Source: the human T2T-CHM13v2.0 reference genome, Homo sapiens
Assembly (NCBI RefSeq): GCF_009914755.1
Contig: NC_060935.1
Direction: 5' to 3' (one strand)
Length of the DNA: 64,000 nt
Shown here in pieces: positions 27,881-42,040 of this stretch. How positions within the stretch are numbered: the stretch's first letter is position 1; each line of letters starts with the position of its first letter. The notes under the pieces are model-generated. The model was not told the origin of the DNA. It worked only from the letters and a program-made list of their open reading frames with translations, and made no database searches. A program made the translations under genes and the position numbers.

Positions 27881-28810
27881 CCAGGAAAGGGCCATTGTGA
27901 CTGTGGCCTCTTGGGAATATGGCACCAGTATTGGTCTGCTCTGGGGCTCATGTCTTGTAGTTTCTTTTGGATTGGAGAGTTTCTCTTGCAAAACATCCAG
28001 GTAGCTCTCTGTCTCAGTCTAGAAACATGTTGGGTGAGTGTAAAGGGGCCAAGAGGATTCTCCCATTCTCAGTCTTGCACAGGTCCCTGTGAAGAGTGTG
28101 AATCCCCCAGGAGGCTCTCACTCACTCACCCTTTCCCATGTTGTAGGAGTTCTCCTGACTTCATGCTGAACCCAGACAGGCTGGTGTCTACCTCTACTCC
28201 TGTCTGCTCTCTGTGTCCCCCTGCTGCCTTGATGAATCCCAACATGATTTCTCAGATGATCAGCCTGCAAGGTCAAGGTTCACTACCCATTTTGTTTTCT
28301 CTCTATGAAAGTAGCTCACGTGAGCTGCTTCTAGTCTGCCGTATTGGCCCATCCCTCAAGTCTTTTCTTTTATGATTAATGTTATTTCTGTCATCTATGG
28401 ACCTGGCATTTACATTTAGAACTACACTCTATTTCAAATTGACTTTTGTATATGGAGTGAGTTCAGGATTACAAGTTTTATTTTTACAAATGAAAATACA
28501 GTCCTTCCGTAAAATATGGTAAAAATAATTTTCTTTCTTTATTGAGTTGACAACTTTGTCGAAAACCAATTAGATATAAATATGAAGCTTTATTTCTGGA
28601 CTCTTTATTCAATTCCAGTGATCCATTTATGTAATATTGCACCAATACTACCAATAGTAACTGTGTCTTCGTTACTATGGCATTATATTGAATTGAAAAT
28701 AAGATAAAGTTCTTCAAAGTTGTTCTTTCGACCTTCAAGATTATTCTGTTCTTATATATGCTTTGAATTCCTAAATAAATTATAAGTTTTCTTATCAAAA
28801 TGCTAGTATT

Positions 28811-29097
28811 GGCTGGGTGCAGAGCTTCATGGCTGTAATTCTAGCACTTTGGTAGGCCTAAGGGGGCAGATCATTTGAGGTCAGGAGTTTGAGACCAGCC
28901 TGGCCAACGTGGTGAAACCCCATTGGCTCTACTAAAAACTACAAAAATTAGCTGGGTCTGGTGGCGGGTGCCTGTAATCCTAGCTACTTGGGAGGCTGAG
29001 GCGCTAGAATCACTTGAACTCAGGAGGCAGAGGTTGCAGGGAGCCAAGATCACACCATGGCACTCCAGCCTGGGTAACACTCCATCTAAAAAAAAAA
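28811..29097 (+). mobile_element. AluSx-like
   Basis: Full dimer with gatcatttgaggtcaggagtttgagaccagcctggccaac; degenerate TSD ...tagtatt. Confidence 0.93.
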
Positions 29098-29355
29098 GTA
29101 GTATTTTTTATTAGAATGGTGTTAAATCAATCAATATGTGCATTCTACATTATGTACCTCTTGATAATACTGTCTTCTGACCTATGAACATGATATATCA
29201 ATCCACTTATATATGTCTTCTTTTATTTCTCTCAGCACTATTTTATTTTTCACCTCTTGCATGTGTTTTAAGGACTTTTTTTGGTATTAAATTTTTATGC
29301 TGATGTAAATAGAATTGCTGTTTAAAAATTCATTTTCCAATTGTTGGTTGTTGGG

Positions 29356-31556
29356 TGTCTTAGGGGTTTTTTGTGCTACTACAGTGGAATGCCTGAGGCT
29401 GGATAATTTATAAAATCATAATTTTTAATATAGTTCTGAAGCCTGAGAAGTCCATAATCAAGATGCCAGTATGCTTAGTGTCTAGTGAGGGCTGTTATCT
29501 CTGCTTTCAGGATGGTACCTTGTTACTGTGTCCTCTGGAGGTGAGAAAAACTGAGTCTTTAAATAGCAGAGGGACAAAAAGGAATGAACTCCCTTCACGA
29601 AGCCCTCTTATAACAGTTTTAATTTATTCATGAAGGTGTGGCACTCATGACTTAACTACCTCCCAAAAGGCCATACTATTTAATACTGTTACATTGGAGA
29701 GTTTTTTCAAGAGATGAATTTTGAATTATAAGGGACACATTCATACTATGGCATTCTTTCCCTGCCCTCCCCCACTAATGTCCTTCTCACATGCAATGCA
29801 CCTTCACTTTATCCAAATAGCCTCAAAAGTCTGTACTTGTTCCAACATCAACTCAAAAGTCTAAAATCCAGATTTCCATCTAAGTAAGTCAGAAATGGGT
29901 GAGACTCAAGGAACAATTCATCCAGAGGCAAATTTCTCTTAAACTGTGGGCCTGTGAAATGAGCAAGTTATGTACTTCTAAATACAATGGTGATACAGGC
30001 ATAGAATAGACATTCCTGTTCCAAAAGGAATAAATAGGTAAGAAGGAAGAGGTAGCAGGTCCCAACTAAGTTTAAAACCTAACAGGGATAACAACATTAA
30101 ATGATAAGGCTAGAGAATAGTCTTTTTGAACTCCATGTCCCACCAAGAGGACACACATGGGTGGGGATGCTCCCCTCCCCTACAGCTTCACTGACTGCAG
30201 CCCATGCCACAGCTCTCAGAGATAGTTAGGTGTCTACAGTCCTCCCAGGCAGGAGTTGCATGTTGGTGGCTCTATAGTTAACAGGCCTTGGGGATAGTTC
30301 TGACCCCACAGTTCTTCTGGACATTGTCCTAGCATGGACTGTATTTGGAGCCCCCACCTCTGCTATATAGTTCTCTGCCTCAGGAAGGCTGTCTGAGATA
30401 TTCTTTGAAGTGTAAGTAGAGGCAGCCATACTTCCACAGCTTGTGTGCTCTGCATGCCACATAGATGATGCCAAAGTTTAAGGCATGTGCCCTTAAGTCA
30501 CATCTCAAGTCACACCTAGGCCCACCTGCACCACAGCTAGGGTGGCCAAGAAGTAATACACTGGAATACAGAGAACAGAGAGCTAAGGTATCACAAGCAC
30601 CCTAGGAACCTCTCCCCAAACTATTCTGACCCCAAGGTGAGGGAACTCTGGGCCTGTGATGCGCATGGCAGCCTGGAAGATCTTTCAAATGCCTTTAAGT
30701 TCATTCTACTACTTTCGTTATGAATAGTACATGGCTTTCTTCTATTTATACTAATCTTTTTATAAAATGATCTCATGTCTACATCCTTGATTTCCTTTCC
30801 TAAGCACACATTTTTTTTTCTTTACATGGCCAGGCTGAGAATTTTCCAAATCTTTACAATCTGCTTCTCTTTTAATTATAAATTTTATCTTTAAATTATT
30901 TATTCCTTCTTCCCTTTTACTATAAGCAGTTGAAAGAAGCCATGCAGCATCTTAAGTGCTTTGTTGTTTAGATATTTTGCTGACAAATACACTAGTTAAT
31001 CACTCTTCAGTTCTTCCTTCCACAGGGTCCTAGGTCACATATAATTCAACCAAGCTCATTGCCCCTTTTTAACAAGGATGGTTGTATCTCCAGTTTCCAA
31101 TACCTTGTTCCTCATTTCCACCTAAGATCTCATCAGAATAGCCTTTACTCTCCATATTTCTACCAACATTCTTTTCATGACCACTTAAATAATGTCTAAA
31201 AAGGCGAGTTTTTCCCTATATCTCTCCTCTTCTTCTGAGCCCTTGTCAGAATTGTTCTTAATGCTCTGCTCATGGTAATACAAGCTTTTTTCTGCATGAA
31301 TTTCAAAACAGTTTCACCTTCTACCCATTAACTGTTTCCAAAGCCGTTTTTATATTTTTAGGTATTTGCCATAGCAACACCCCACTCCTGGAACCAAGTT
31401 CTTTCTATGTTTTGTGATAATAAAACAGAGTACCTAAGATTAAATCATTTATAAAACCAGGAATTTATTTTCTCATAGATCTGGAGGCTGGAAAGTCCAA
31501 GATCAAAGTGTTAGTAGGTTCAATGTCTGGCAAGGGCTATTCTTTCTGCCTTCAAG
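29356..31556 (-). mobile_element. MST (MSTD-like) MaLR: LTR 29356-29753, internal region, truncated second LTR ~31400-31556
   Basis: gaagtcca(t/a)gatcaa...tgtct(a/g)g motif occurs twice with MaLR internal sequence between; the second LTR breaks off abruptly. Confidence 0.85.
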
Positions 31557-34396
31557 TCAATAGGATTTATAGTGATATCTCTCTTAATTACTAATATTTG
31601 TGGTCCATCTTTTCTCTTTTTCAGTTTGAGGATTTTATCAGTTTTGTTGGTGAACCAACTTTTGACTGTTGACTTTCTTCATTATTTTCTATTTTGTTGA
31701 ATTTTGTCACCTTTTTATTATTATTTTTATCTCTACTACTTATTTTGGCTTTATTTGCTGTTTCTTCTCTTCCTCCTCATCTTTTTCCTTCTCCTTATCC
31801 TGCACCTCCTTCCCCTTCTTCTTTTTTCATTTTGTCTAATCTTCTTAACATGAAGGCTCTGAAAAGGGATTTTAAATATTTATTTTTAACCAAATATAAG
31901 AACTTAAGCCTACAATTTTTTGTTTACAATGTTTTACCTGCATTTCAAAAATTTTGACATTTTGTGTTTTTATTATCATTCTATTCAAAAGAAGGATTTC
32001 TTTTGGACTGATGAATTATTTTAATAATATGCTGCTTGATTTTTAAGGATTTACGTATTTTTTTTAAATCTTGTTATTGGTTTTCTCTTTAATACTGCCA
32101 CAGTCAGAGAACATACTCAATAATTTCAGTCTTTTGAAATGTATTAGTATGTATTTTATGACCTAGTACATGGCCTATCATGGTGAACACTGCATGAAAA
32201 CTTTCAAATAATGTGGATTTTGCAGTTTTCTGTAATGTTTTACTCATTTCAATTAGATTGAATTGATTGATAATATTTTTTCAACTCTTCTGTATATTTC
32301 CTGATATTTTTCTACTTTTATAACAAGTAGTTGTTAAAATCTTCATACATAATTGCATATATTTTATGTGTCCTTTTAATTCATTTGTTTATATATTTAA
32401 ACAGTTATTTTGTTTATATATACTTATGAATGTTATAGTTCTTAATGACATATCCTTTTTTTAATTTTTGGTAATGTTCTTTGCCTTAAAATTTACCCTT
32501 CCTAATGTGAATATAGCTATAATTACTTTGTTTTTAGTTTAGTATATATAGTATATCTGTTTCCACCCTTATATTTTTAGTCTGACTACATTTGTATTTA
32601 AAGTGTGGATGTTATAAGCAGTTATCAAGCTGGATCCTGCTTTTGTATCCAGTTGGATACATTGTGTTCTTTCCTTGGAATGTAAATTAGAACAATATGG
32701 AAGTAATTTTATTTAAAAAATTTCCTTTAATTATTGATGTGACTTTTGTTAGTATCATCAGTTTCTTGTTTCTCTCTTATTCCTTTTGTGACCCTTTTGT
32801 TTTCTGTGGCTTTTGGGTATTTGGTTCTTCTATTGAATTTTTCTTTCTGTTCCTGATGTTATTTTTAGTGCTTTCTCAATAGAGTCATTATGCATCTTTA
32901 CATTATCAATATATACCTTCACATGTTATATTACTTCACAAAAATCTTTCATCAGCATAATTCCTCCCTCATATTGTATTTTGAAATATAAAATTTTCTT
33001 TTTATATTTCTGCATCTGCATTATATATGTTTTCTTACACACCTTCTATAATTTTTATTGTTTTCTCATTAGCCTGCTTTTCTAGTGCTGTTTTCTTTAT
33101 GATCTAAAAGTTATTAGGAGAGTAGGATTTCAGTTTGGTTTTGGTTTTTGTTGTTCATTGTTTCCTTTTAGCTTGAATTTATTGTGGACAGAGAAGGTAA
33201 CAATATTACTTACTTTGGGAATTATATACATATTTTTAATTGACTATCCACATTTTGTAAATGTTCTATGAAGGCTTGAGAAAATGTGAATATTTATTTT
33301 AGGTACAATATGTTCATCTGTGCCTTTCAAGTATATTAAATTTATGAGAACCCTATAGTGGCTTACATATCTTAGGTCAACAGTACTAATTTTAATGAAA
33401 AAAAAACTATTCTCCTTAATTTCTATATTGATTCCAATTTTTGTTAAATTATTATCAAATATTAGTAAATAGACATATCCATAGAGAAGTAAAACACTAT
33501 TTTAAAATATGTTTTCACCTAATTAATTATTCTATAATATGGTTGTTTTTTCTTTGTTTATTGATAGCTATTACCAAAAGACTGAGATTATGCGTACTAA
33601 CAAAATATAATGCATGGTATCCATAATTTACATAATTCCTAAACCTTTAATACAAAAAGAAAAAAATTAGAAAGAAGTAAAATCAATACAAATATTGTAT
33701 TTTAAGGACATAATATATTTAATTATCAGTGCTATCAACTAACAAATCATAGGCACTTTGAGAGAAAAAGTTAATGTAACATGTTGCAATATAAAACTAC
33801 CACTATAATTGCATAGTTCTGGTTTTTTCTCTAGGAACTTTGAGTGCCTCTGTAGACCACACAAAGTTAAAATAAGGATATTAAATAAACCTCCTTATAC
33901 ACAAAAATCTCATAATTCAAATGACTAAATCTAAGAGTTTATCTCAAACCATTTCTATCAGTACTTTACATACCTGATGTGACAAGGAATTAATGTGTGT
34001 GCTCTGTTACAATTATAATTTAACCAATTTTTATATCTATATTTTGTCATTATATATGTTAGCCGTCATTGAGAACATATAGGTTTATGACCACTATATT
34101 TTACTATATCTTAAAGGTATATTATAATATTTAATACAAAATGAATTGTGGAAAATGACTCTAGAGAAACAAAGTTTTAAGGATAAGTTTTCTGAGTTGG
34201 TTCTGTGGTTTCTCTGAATTTGTTCTCTAATCTGATTAGACTTAAATATGCTAATTACTCCATTTCCAGTAGTAAAAGGAGGACTAATAGTCCATTGAAT
34301 AAGCTATTTATAGAGAAACAATATGTTTGTGGTAAGTACTCTTTATCACTCAGTTATGAGAAACAAAGAGCTAGGTGATTCTGTAGATGACACTTT

Positions 34397-34875
34397 CAAA
34401 GATTTCTTGATTAAGACCCCAAAAGCTCAGGCAACTAAAACAAAACGGCACAAATGGGATCCCATCAAACTAAAAAGCTTTTGCACAGCAAAGAAAATAC
34501 TCAACAAAGGGATGAGACAACTTACATAATGAGAGAAAATACTTGCAAACTATTCAATTAATAAGAGATTAATAATCAGAATATATAAGAAACTCAGCTC
34601 AGCAACAATGATAAATGATCTGATGAAAAATATGCAAAAGATCTGAATAGATATTTATCAAAGGAAGACATGTAAGGGACTGATAGGTAAATGAAAACGT
34701 ACTCAACATCACTAATCATCAGAGAAATGTAAATAAAAATCACAATAAAATATTCTCTTACCCAAATTAAAATGGTTTTTATCAATAAGATGAAAAATAA
34801 CAAATGCTGGTGAGCTGAGATGAAAGAGGAACACTCGTACACTGTTGGTAGAAATGTAAATTAGAACAGTATGGA
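34397..34875 (+). mobile_element. L1MA/PB-like ORF2 C-terminal fragment
   Basis: Translation [25 protein letters not shown]. Confidence 0.85.
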
Positions 34876-35183
34876 GGTAATTTTATTAAAAAAAGGTTTA
34901 ATGAACTCACAGTTTCACATGGCTCAGGAGGCCTCACAATCATGGCGGAAGGTGAAAGAGGAGCAAAGGCACATCTTACATGTTGGTAGGCAAGAGAGCT
35001 TGTGCAGGGGCACTCCCGTTTATAAAACCATCAGATGTCTTGAGACTTATTCACTACCACAAGAACAGTACAGGGGAAACCACCCCCATGAATCAATTAT
35101 CTCCACCTGGCCCCACCCTTGACCTTTGGGTATTATTACACTTTAAGGTGAGATGTGGGTGAGGACACAGCCAAACTGAATCA
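34876..35183 (-). mobile_element. THE1C/D LTR, truncated on the left
   Basis: ggaggcctcacaatcatggcggaaggtgaa...gacacagccaaac..atca; the tgtattagtc terminus is missing. Confidence 0.88.
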
Positions 35184-37811
35184 GAGCTTCTAGTTTTAAG
35201 TGGTGTCCAGAACAAGAGAAGGCCCTGCAGCAAGTCCAGCCTGCTGTGAGAGCTATTCTGCCACTTGGGCTATATAATTCAGCACATCCTATGGTGTCAA
35301 AGTATCAACTGCAGATAGGGATATTGTTTGGAGACTTTGGCAGGACCCTATAAAGAAACCATAGTGCAAGACTTGAGGATTTTGGAGTAAGGTTATGCTG
35401 TCATTCACAGATAACTACTCTCCCTCTGAGAGTCAGCTCTTGGCCAGCTATTGAGCCTTTATAGAGACTGAATGGCTGACCATGAACCACCATGTTATCA
35501 TATGACCTGAGCTGCTCATCATGAATTGGTGGCTACCTGACCCACAAAGCCATAAAGTTGAGAGTACATAGCAACACTCGTCCATCAAATGGATGTGACT
35601 GGGGCTAAGCAGGTCCTGAAGGCACAGGTAAGTGACATTAAGAAGTGGCCCAAATGCCCATGATCCCCACTCCTGCTACACTTCCTGCTCTCTGCCAGCC
35701 TGCAGCTATGAAGTCATTAAAAAATTCCCTATGAGCAGTTGACAGAGGAGGAGAAGACTCAGCCTGGTTTACAGAGGATTCTGCAAAATATGCAGGCATA
35801 ACACAAAAAGGGACAACTGCACCCCTATAGCCCCTCTCAGGGATATCCCTGAAGGACAGTGGTGAATGAAAATCCTCCCAGTGGACAGAACTTCAACCAT
35901 TCCACCTGATGATTCACTTTTCTTAGAAAGAGAAATGGCTAGAGAGGTGATTACCTGCCAATTCATGGTCTGTAGCGAGTGTTCTTCTTTTTCTGGATGA
36001 TCAGAAACTTAGAAAGGACACATGGAAAAATTGGTGACAAAAAATTTGGGGAAGAGAGATGTGGGCACACCTCTATGAATAAGCAAAAAATAATGGATAT
36101 ATTGTATTTCATGTGAATGCTCACCAAAGGGTGAGCTTGGCAGAGAAGGATTTTAACATTAAAGTGGATGGAATGACCCATTGTGTGGATGAATACAAAT
36201 CAGTCTCTTTCTCCAGCCAACTTTGTCATTTCCCACTGGGCTCAGGAACAAAGAGGCCATGGTAGCAAGGATGGAAGTTACGCATGGGCTCAGAAACATG
36301 GACTTCCACTCAACAAGGCTAACCGGACTGTAGAAAACTGAGTGTCTAATCTCCCAATGGCAGAGACCAACACCTGGCTCCTAATATGACACCATTCCCT
36401 GGGGTGATTAGCCAACACCTGGTAGCAGGCTGATTGATTACCTTAGAAAACATCTGTCATGAAAGGGGCAGTATTTTGCCCTTCCTGGAATAGATGCTCT
36501 GAATATGGATTTGCCTTTCTTGCACACCACAACTACCATCTGTGAACTTAACTCACTGGCTTGTCCATTTTCATAGTCTTCCAGATCACATTGCTTTTGA
36601 TGAAGGAACTCACTTCACAGCAAGGGAAGTGCAGCAATAGGGCCAGGAACATGAAAATCATTGGTCTTACTATGTTTTCCACCATTCTGAAGCTTCTGGC
36701 CTGATACATTGATGGAATTGTCTTTTGAAGACTCAGTTACAGTGCCACCTAGGTGGCAATACCTTGCAGGAATGGTTCTCCAGAAGGCTGTATATGGTCT
36801 GAATCAGGGTCAAATATATGATGCTATTTATGTGGTAGCCAGAATTCATGGGTCCAGGAATCAAAGAATGGAAGTGGGAGTGGCATCATTCACTACTGCG
36901 CCTAGTGACTCACAAGCAAAATGTTTACTTCCTGTTTCCATGACATTATGCTCTGCTGGCCTAGACGTCTTAGTTCCAGAGGATGGAATGCTTCACCAGG
37001 AGACACAAGAATAATTTCCTTGACCTGGGAGTTAAGACTGCCACCCAGCCACCTTGTGCTCTCCATGCTGCTGATTCAACAGGCAAATAAGGAAATTATG
37101 GTGTGGGCTACAGTGATTGATCTGACTAACAAGAGGGAAATTGCTCCACCATGGGGGTGAGGGAGAGTACATCTGGAATACAGAAGTTCCCTTAGGACAC
37201 CCTTAGTGTTCCCACACATTGCGATTAAGGCCAGTGGAAAACTACAATAACTCAGTTCAGGCGGAACAACTCATGGGGCAGAATCTTCAAGGAATGAAGA
37301 TTTGAGTCCTTCTACCAGGTAAGGAAACAGGACCAGCTAAGGGAGTTGCTGAAGGCAAGGGTTGTACAGGATAGGAGTAGAAGGTAGTTATAAATACTAG
37401 CTACAACTATGTGGCCAGTTCCAGAAATGAGGACTATAATTGTCATGAGTATTATCTCCTAATTTTGTTATGAATATGCTTGTATGTATGTGTATATACA
37501 TATGTTAAACACTATCTTTCTTATTTATCCTCTTTTGATTTTCCATATCAGGTAACATAAGCTATACTGACTCTTGTATAAGGATTTAAGTATTGTTCAT
37601 TTTACTTCATAGTATTTAAGTTATGGAACATCAGGAGAAAAATGTCACTCAAGGACTTCATCTCCTTTTCTGAGGAAGACATTACTGTGTATTTGGTAGT
37701 ATGAAAATTGTTGTATCATGTTAGGTGAAATCACGATGTTATTGTTATCTTTATCTGGAGATTAGGTATGATTTAAGGAGATACATAAGCCAAATTGATA
37801 AGAGGTAGATC
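35184..37811 (+). mobile_element. ERV-L (HERV-L-related) internal remnant: pol connection/RNase H, integrase, dUTPase and 3' region to the PPT
   Basis: Decayed reading PEQEKALQQVQ.AV.A.LPLG, AWFT.D (RNase H), VLQKAVYGLNQ..IHGSRNQ (integrase end) and a downstream dUTPase-like stretch; many stops and frameshifts. Confidence 0.9.
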
Positions 37812-38415
37812 TGTAATTATTAATTTTATATGCCAACTTGACTGAGCTAAGGGATCCCCAGAAAACTAGTAAAATTTTATTCTGGACACGTATGTGAGGG
37901 TGTTTCTGGAAGAGATTAGCACTTGAATGAGTAGACTGTGTTAAGATCATCTGCCTTCACCAGTACAGGTGGGCACCCATATTCAGAAGGACTGAATAGA
38001 ACAAAAGAGGGGAAGTTTCTTTCTCTGCTTGAGCTGAGACATCCATTTTCTCCTGCCCTTGGACTTTGATGTTCATAGTTCTTGGGTCTTTGAACTCAGA
38101 CCAGGGCTTATACCAGTGCCTTCCTGGTTTTCAGGCCTTTGGATTTGGGATGGAATTACACCACCAGCTTTCTTGGGCCTCAAGATTACAGAGGAAAAAT
38201 TATGGGGCTTCTTACCTTCATAATGACATGAGTCAATCCCTTATAATAAATATTCTCCTGTCTCTCTCTCTCCGTGTGTGTGTGTGTGTGTGTATACAGA
38301 AAGAGAAGTCTATACATCTATCTCTACATAGATACATAGATATATATATAGAGAGAGATACAGATAGAGATAGAGATATCTTATTGATTATGTTTCTCTG
38401 GAGAACCCTAACACA
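37812..38415 (+). mobile_element. MLT2 (MLT2D-like) 3' LTR of the ERV-L, with an internal (CT)(GT)(GA/TA) microsatellite
   Basis: Starts tgtaattattaattttatatgccaacttgactgagctaaggga, ends tgtttctctggagaaccctaacaca. Confidence 0.88.
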
Positions 38416-38419
38416 GAAA

Positions 38420-39950
38420 TATATGGACTTTTTCCTTTTATTTCATTATGGATGCTATTAATTTTACCTACCTTGTTTCCTTTTATGGGTGGCTTTAGAT
38501 TTTGTTTTCATTTATTTTGCGTCTGTTATAAATAACACACAAATAGATTCCTTTTTAACTCCAAATAGGCCTATGCCTTTCAATTGAGAATTTTTAAAAT
38601 TAAATTATACTTCTTTTTTTTTTTAACTTGTGGGTACCTTTCATTTTATGTTTCTTTTATGTCTTCTTTTTTTGGAAAAATATCAGATCATTTATAATTA
38701 ATTTTGCTTTCTACATTCTTTTGATATTTTGAAAGATAGGATGTTGGTTTTTAGAATTCTATCAATGATTGGTTTTAAGATTTTAGAAAATATTTTTAAA
38801 GTTCTCATTGCTTTCAATTCGTAAAATATTAAAAGAAATATTTTATTGCATTGACTATGTGAAGAAGTCAGTATACATTCAATTCTTCCTGAATATCTTT
38901 TTCAATTTTAGTTACTTTAATCTCTTATTTTACATCTTGCTTATTATTTTTTCATAGGAATAATTTTATTTCAAAAATAATTTTAGACACCTAAATTCCA
39001 TTTGTGACCATATTAACAACAATTATTTATTATTTGCCTATACCATTTTTTACCATGAGTACTATAGTAGCATAACTTATCCATTCTTGAGTTATTTTTT
39101 TTCTTCTCTTATTCAACAGAAATAGTTCTCTGAGCAATTTTTACTTTGAAAGGGAATTGAGTAGAGTACTTTATAAAAATTATTACAAACGAAATTTTCT
39201 TCCCTTTAGGAGGAAGGGATCAGTGAACATTTGGTTGTATGGCAATAGTTGTATCATGTTGTGTGGAATTATGATGTTGTTGCTGTCTTTATCTGGAGAT
39301 TAAGTAGGATTTAAGGAGATATATATGCCAAGTTGACAGGGTGAATCAAAGAACAGAGTTAGTAGAAAAGAATATAGAGTTCCTTTTTTCCATGTTCTCA
39401 GTTACATGTGGGCATTCAATTCACCTAGCATTTTTGTGTTTTGTCTTTATACCCAAAGAGTTATGAGTGTAATTACATCACCATTTTCTGAAAGAAAATG
39501 CCAAAAGTATGATGTCAGCTGAAATTTTTACCTTTATGAACATATATTTTTTCTACCTGGATTCTTAAAAGATGCTATTCCTATTAAAAATTAACATAAA
39601 TGCACTAACAAATTTCTATTTCTTTAAATTTGACTTTTAGTTATCTATTTCATTATGAAAACTTAAATTTTTATTTAAATTATAAACATTTTAAATTACT
39701 TTTTATTATTTCATACACTATATCTCTTGTACTCACCTCTTTTGAATTTCCAATTTTATGTAAAATATTTAAAAGCACATATACATTGTATATTTTCTCA
39801 TTATTTTTGTTCTTTTTTTCTGAGGTTTGTGAGAATTTTTTCATTATGCTTATATCATGTATTCAATTTTAATCCAAATATAAACTCCTACTCATTGCCT
39901 CAATTACAGTTTTACTTAACAGAAAAGTCATATATTTTTGTCTCTCCTGA
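38420..39950 (-). mobile_element. Very old L1ME/HAL1-like ORF1-region remnant
   Basis: T-rich sequence with weak reverse ORF1-like motifs (aaaagtatgatgtcagctgaaatttt). Confidence 0.4.
39200..39347 (+). repeat. Isolated second copy of the ERV-L 3' internal end
   Basis: 39210-39338 aligns without gaps to 37672-37800 (~25 mismatches in 129 by hand count). Confidence 0.85.
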
Positions 39951-40016
39951 TGTTAGATTTTTCCTCCTTTATAACTATAGTTAAATTAACAAATTAAAAA
40001 ACATTTTTAATATGGC

Positions 40017-40381
40017 TGTATTAGTCCATTTTAAATAACTTCCTGAGACTGGGTGATTTCCAAAGGAGTTTAATTGACTCACAGTTCAGCATGGTTGGGG
40101 AGGCCTTAGGAAACTTAGAATCATGGTGGAAAGGGAAGGGGAAGCAAGGCACCTCTTTCACAAGGCAGCAAGGAGGAGAAGTGTCTCCTGAAGGGAGAAG
40201 AGCCCCTTATTAAACCAGATCGCATGAGAACTCACTATCATGAGAGCAGCATGGGGGGAACCACCCCTGTGATTCAATTACCTTCACTTGGTCTCTCCCT
40301 TGACACCTGGGGATTATGGAAATTATGCAGATTATAGTTCAAGATGAGATTTGGGTGGGGGAAGTAAACCTAGCCATATCA
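40017..40381 (-). mobile_element. THE1D/MSTA-like solo LTR
   Basis: tgtattagtccatttt...gactcacagttcagcatgg...gccatatca. Confidence 0.9.
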
Positions 40382-41254
40382 GTGGGTAGGAACATAAATT
40401 TTTCCTATTAATGAAGAGCTGTTTCATGGAAAATATTTGTTCTGACTTCACAGACAGATATCATTTTTTTTAACTGCATTGTGTTTTCACAAAATAGTAT
40501 TTTTTCTCTCCTAATTCTTATAAAGGATTAACTATATTTAAACAGGATTTAGAGTTCAAATTGAGGCGAACATCTCTATTAGGCAGTGTCATGTTCAGAT
40601 GATACATGCTTAGATGATACTTAACAATTTAAGAACAAAGGTCATGGGCAGATATGCAGGAAAAATAGAGACTTAAAGTGGGGACAATGGGATTAGATGA
40701 CAAATATCTGTTTTCTAGTTACAGTAGTGTTCTGAAGCCAGTTGAGGTCTGACTGCCTGTTAGTAGCCAGCCTTGGAAATGTCTCATTTTTTAATCTCCC
40801 ATGGTCATCTATGGGAAGTGGGGTATAAGTGCTGCTGTGTGTAACCTGGCTGGACTGGCCTATGAAACTGTGCCTTTTCCAGAAGTGGCTTTGAGATCCA
40901 AATGTAGCATTAGCCCAGTCCCTGCTCCACTTCTTGCTGCTCTGAATTAACATTGATATTAATATACTGATGCGATCTGTCATGTGTATGTCGGGCAAAT
41001 ATTCTTACTTAAGTGGACAGCCAATGATCAGGCTACCTCTTCCACTATAGCATAAGTTACCAGCAAATTTTTTAAAATTCCTAGCATTAGGGTGCTATCT
41101 TTTTCTAGTTTTCAGAATAGAGTCTAGAATTTCCCTTTTTTTATATTTTTGGTTACTTTCATGAGAATGATGTACATGGACCTTCAGGTGTATGTGCTCA
41201 AGTTTCCATTTTCTCTATATCCTACAGTGTGTTTTTGTTTGTTTTATTGGAAAT

Positions 41255-42040
41255 ATTATGTTGCTGCCCTACTTAAAATTCTTCAGTATTTTTCCATTGT
41301 CTGGAAGTTAAATTAAAATTATTTAGGAGGGCACTTATAGCCTTTTAAAATCAAATCATTATGCATTTCTGCTACATGGAATCTCATGTTGCTGATCCAT
41401 GACCTTAAACTCCAGCCTGCAGAGTACTTTGTTTATATTTATCCAGTATCTTGTCTAATCATTTGACCACAAATATCTTTAGCCTGGCATGCAATCCAAT
41501 TGCCACAATTCTCTTTACTCCCCATTTTTTTATACCATGTCCTTCCTATTTTTAAATTTTCTGTCTGAGCACTGATGGCTTTTGAGTTTGCCATTTCTCT
41601 TCTTATTCTTTATCTTTCCATTTTTCTATTTCCAGTATTTCATTCGCTGTAGAGCTATTCTCACTTCCCTGTGCTGGAATTTCTCTCATTTCTGTTTTTT
41701 ATGCCTCAGTCCTTTCTCTGTTGGGAATACCCTTCCCTTTCTCATACATTCTTTGCCTGATAGTGCCTATTTGTCCTTCATACTTTACTTGGACATCACT
41801 TTGTCTAGGAAGCCCACTGTGATTTTCCAGAATGGCTCTGACATCCAACTAGGGTACTTTTAGACCTCTTCCAGCGCCATTGCACTCTCTTGTCAATCAA
41901 TATACTTGATTTTTTCTTTCTTTTTCTCTCTAGACATGAGCTCCTTCAGGGAAGAAAGGTCTGTTCCATCTTTATATCCTATGTATATGTCATGTAAGGT
42001 GTTCTAGACAAATTTATTAAATTAATAATTATATGAATGT
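41255..42040 (+). mobile_element. L2 3' fragments
   Basis: tgctggaat..., catcactttgtctaggaagccc, ctagacatgagctccttcaggga. Confidence 0.6.

Larger units (their letters stand above)
28360..33000 (-). mobile_element. Old L1ME ORF2 fragments (28360-29350 and 31560-33000), interrupted by an Alu and an MST
   Basis: T-rich reverse L1M motifs (ttatttctggactctttattc, cagtcagagaacatactc, ggcctatcatggtgaac). Confidence 0.7.

Noticed and set aside
33968-34010. Possible 30-nt minus-strand exon ending in CAG|GTATGT
   Set aside because: The acceptor lacks a pyrimidine tract and there is no other support.
35184-37300. ERV-L pol/dUTPase as an intact or co-opted gene
   Set aside because: Many stops and frameshifts; the longest open piece is ~100 codons.
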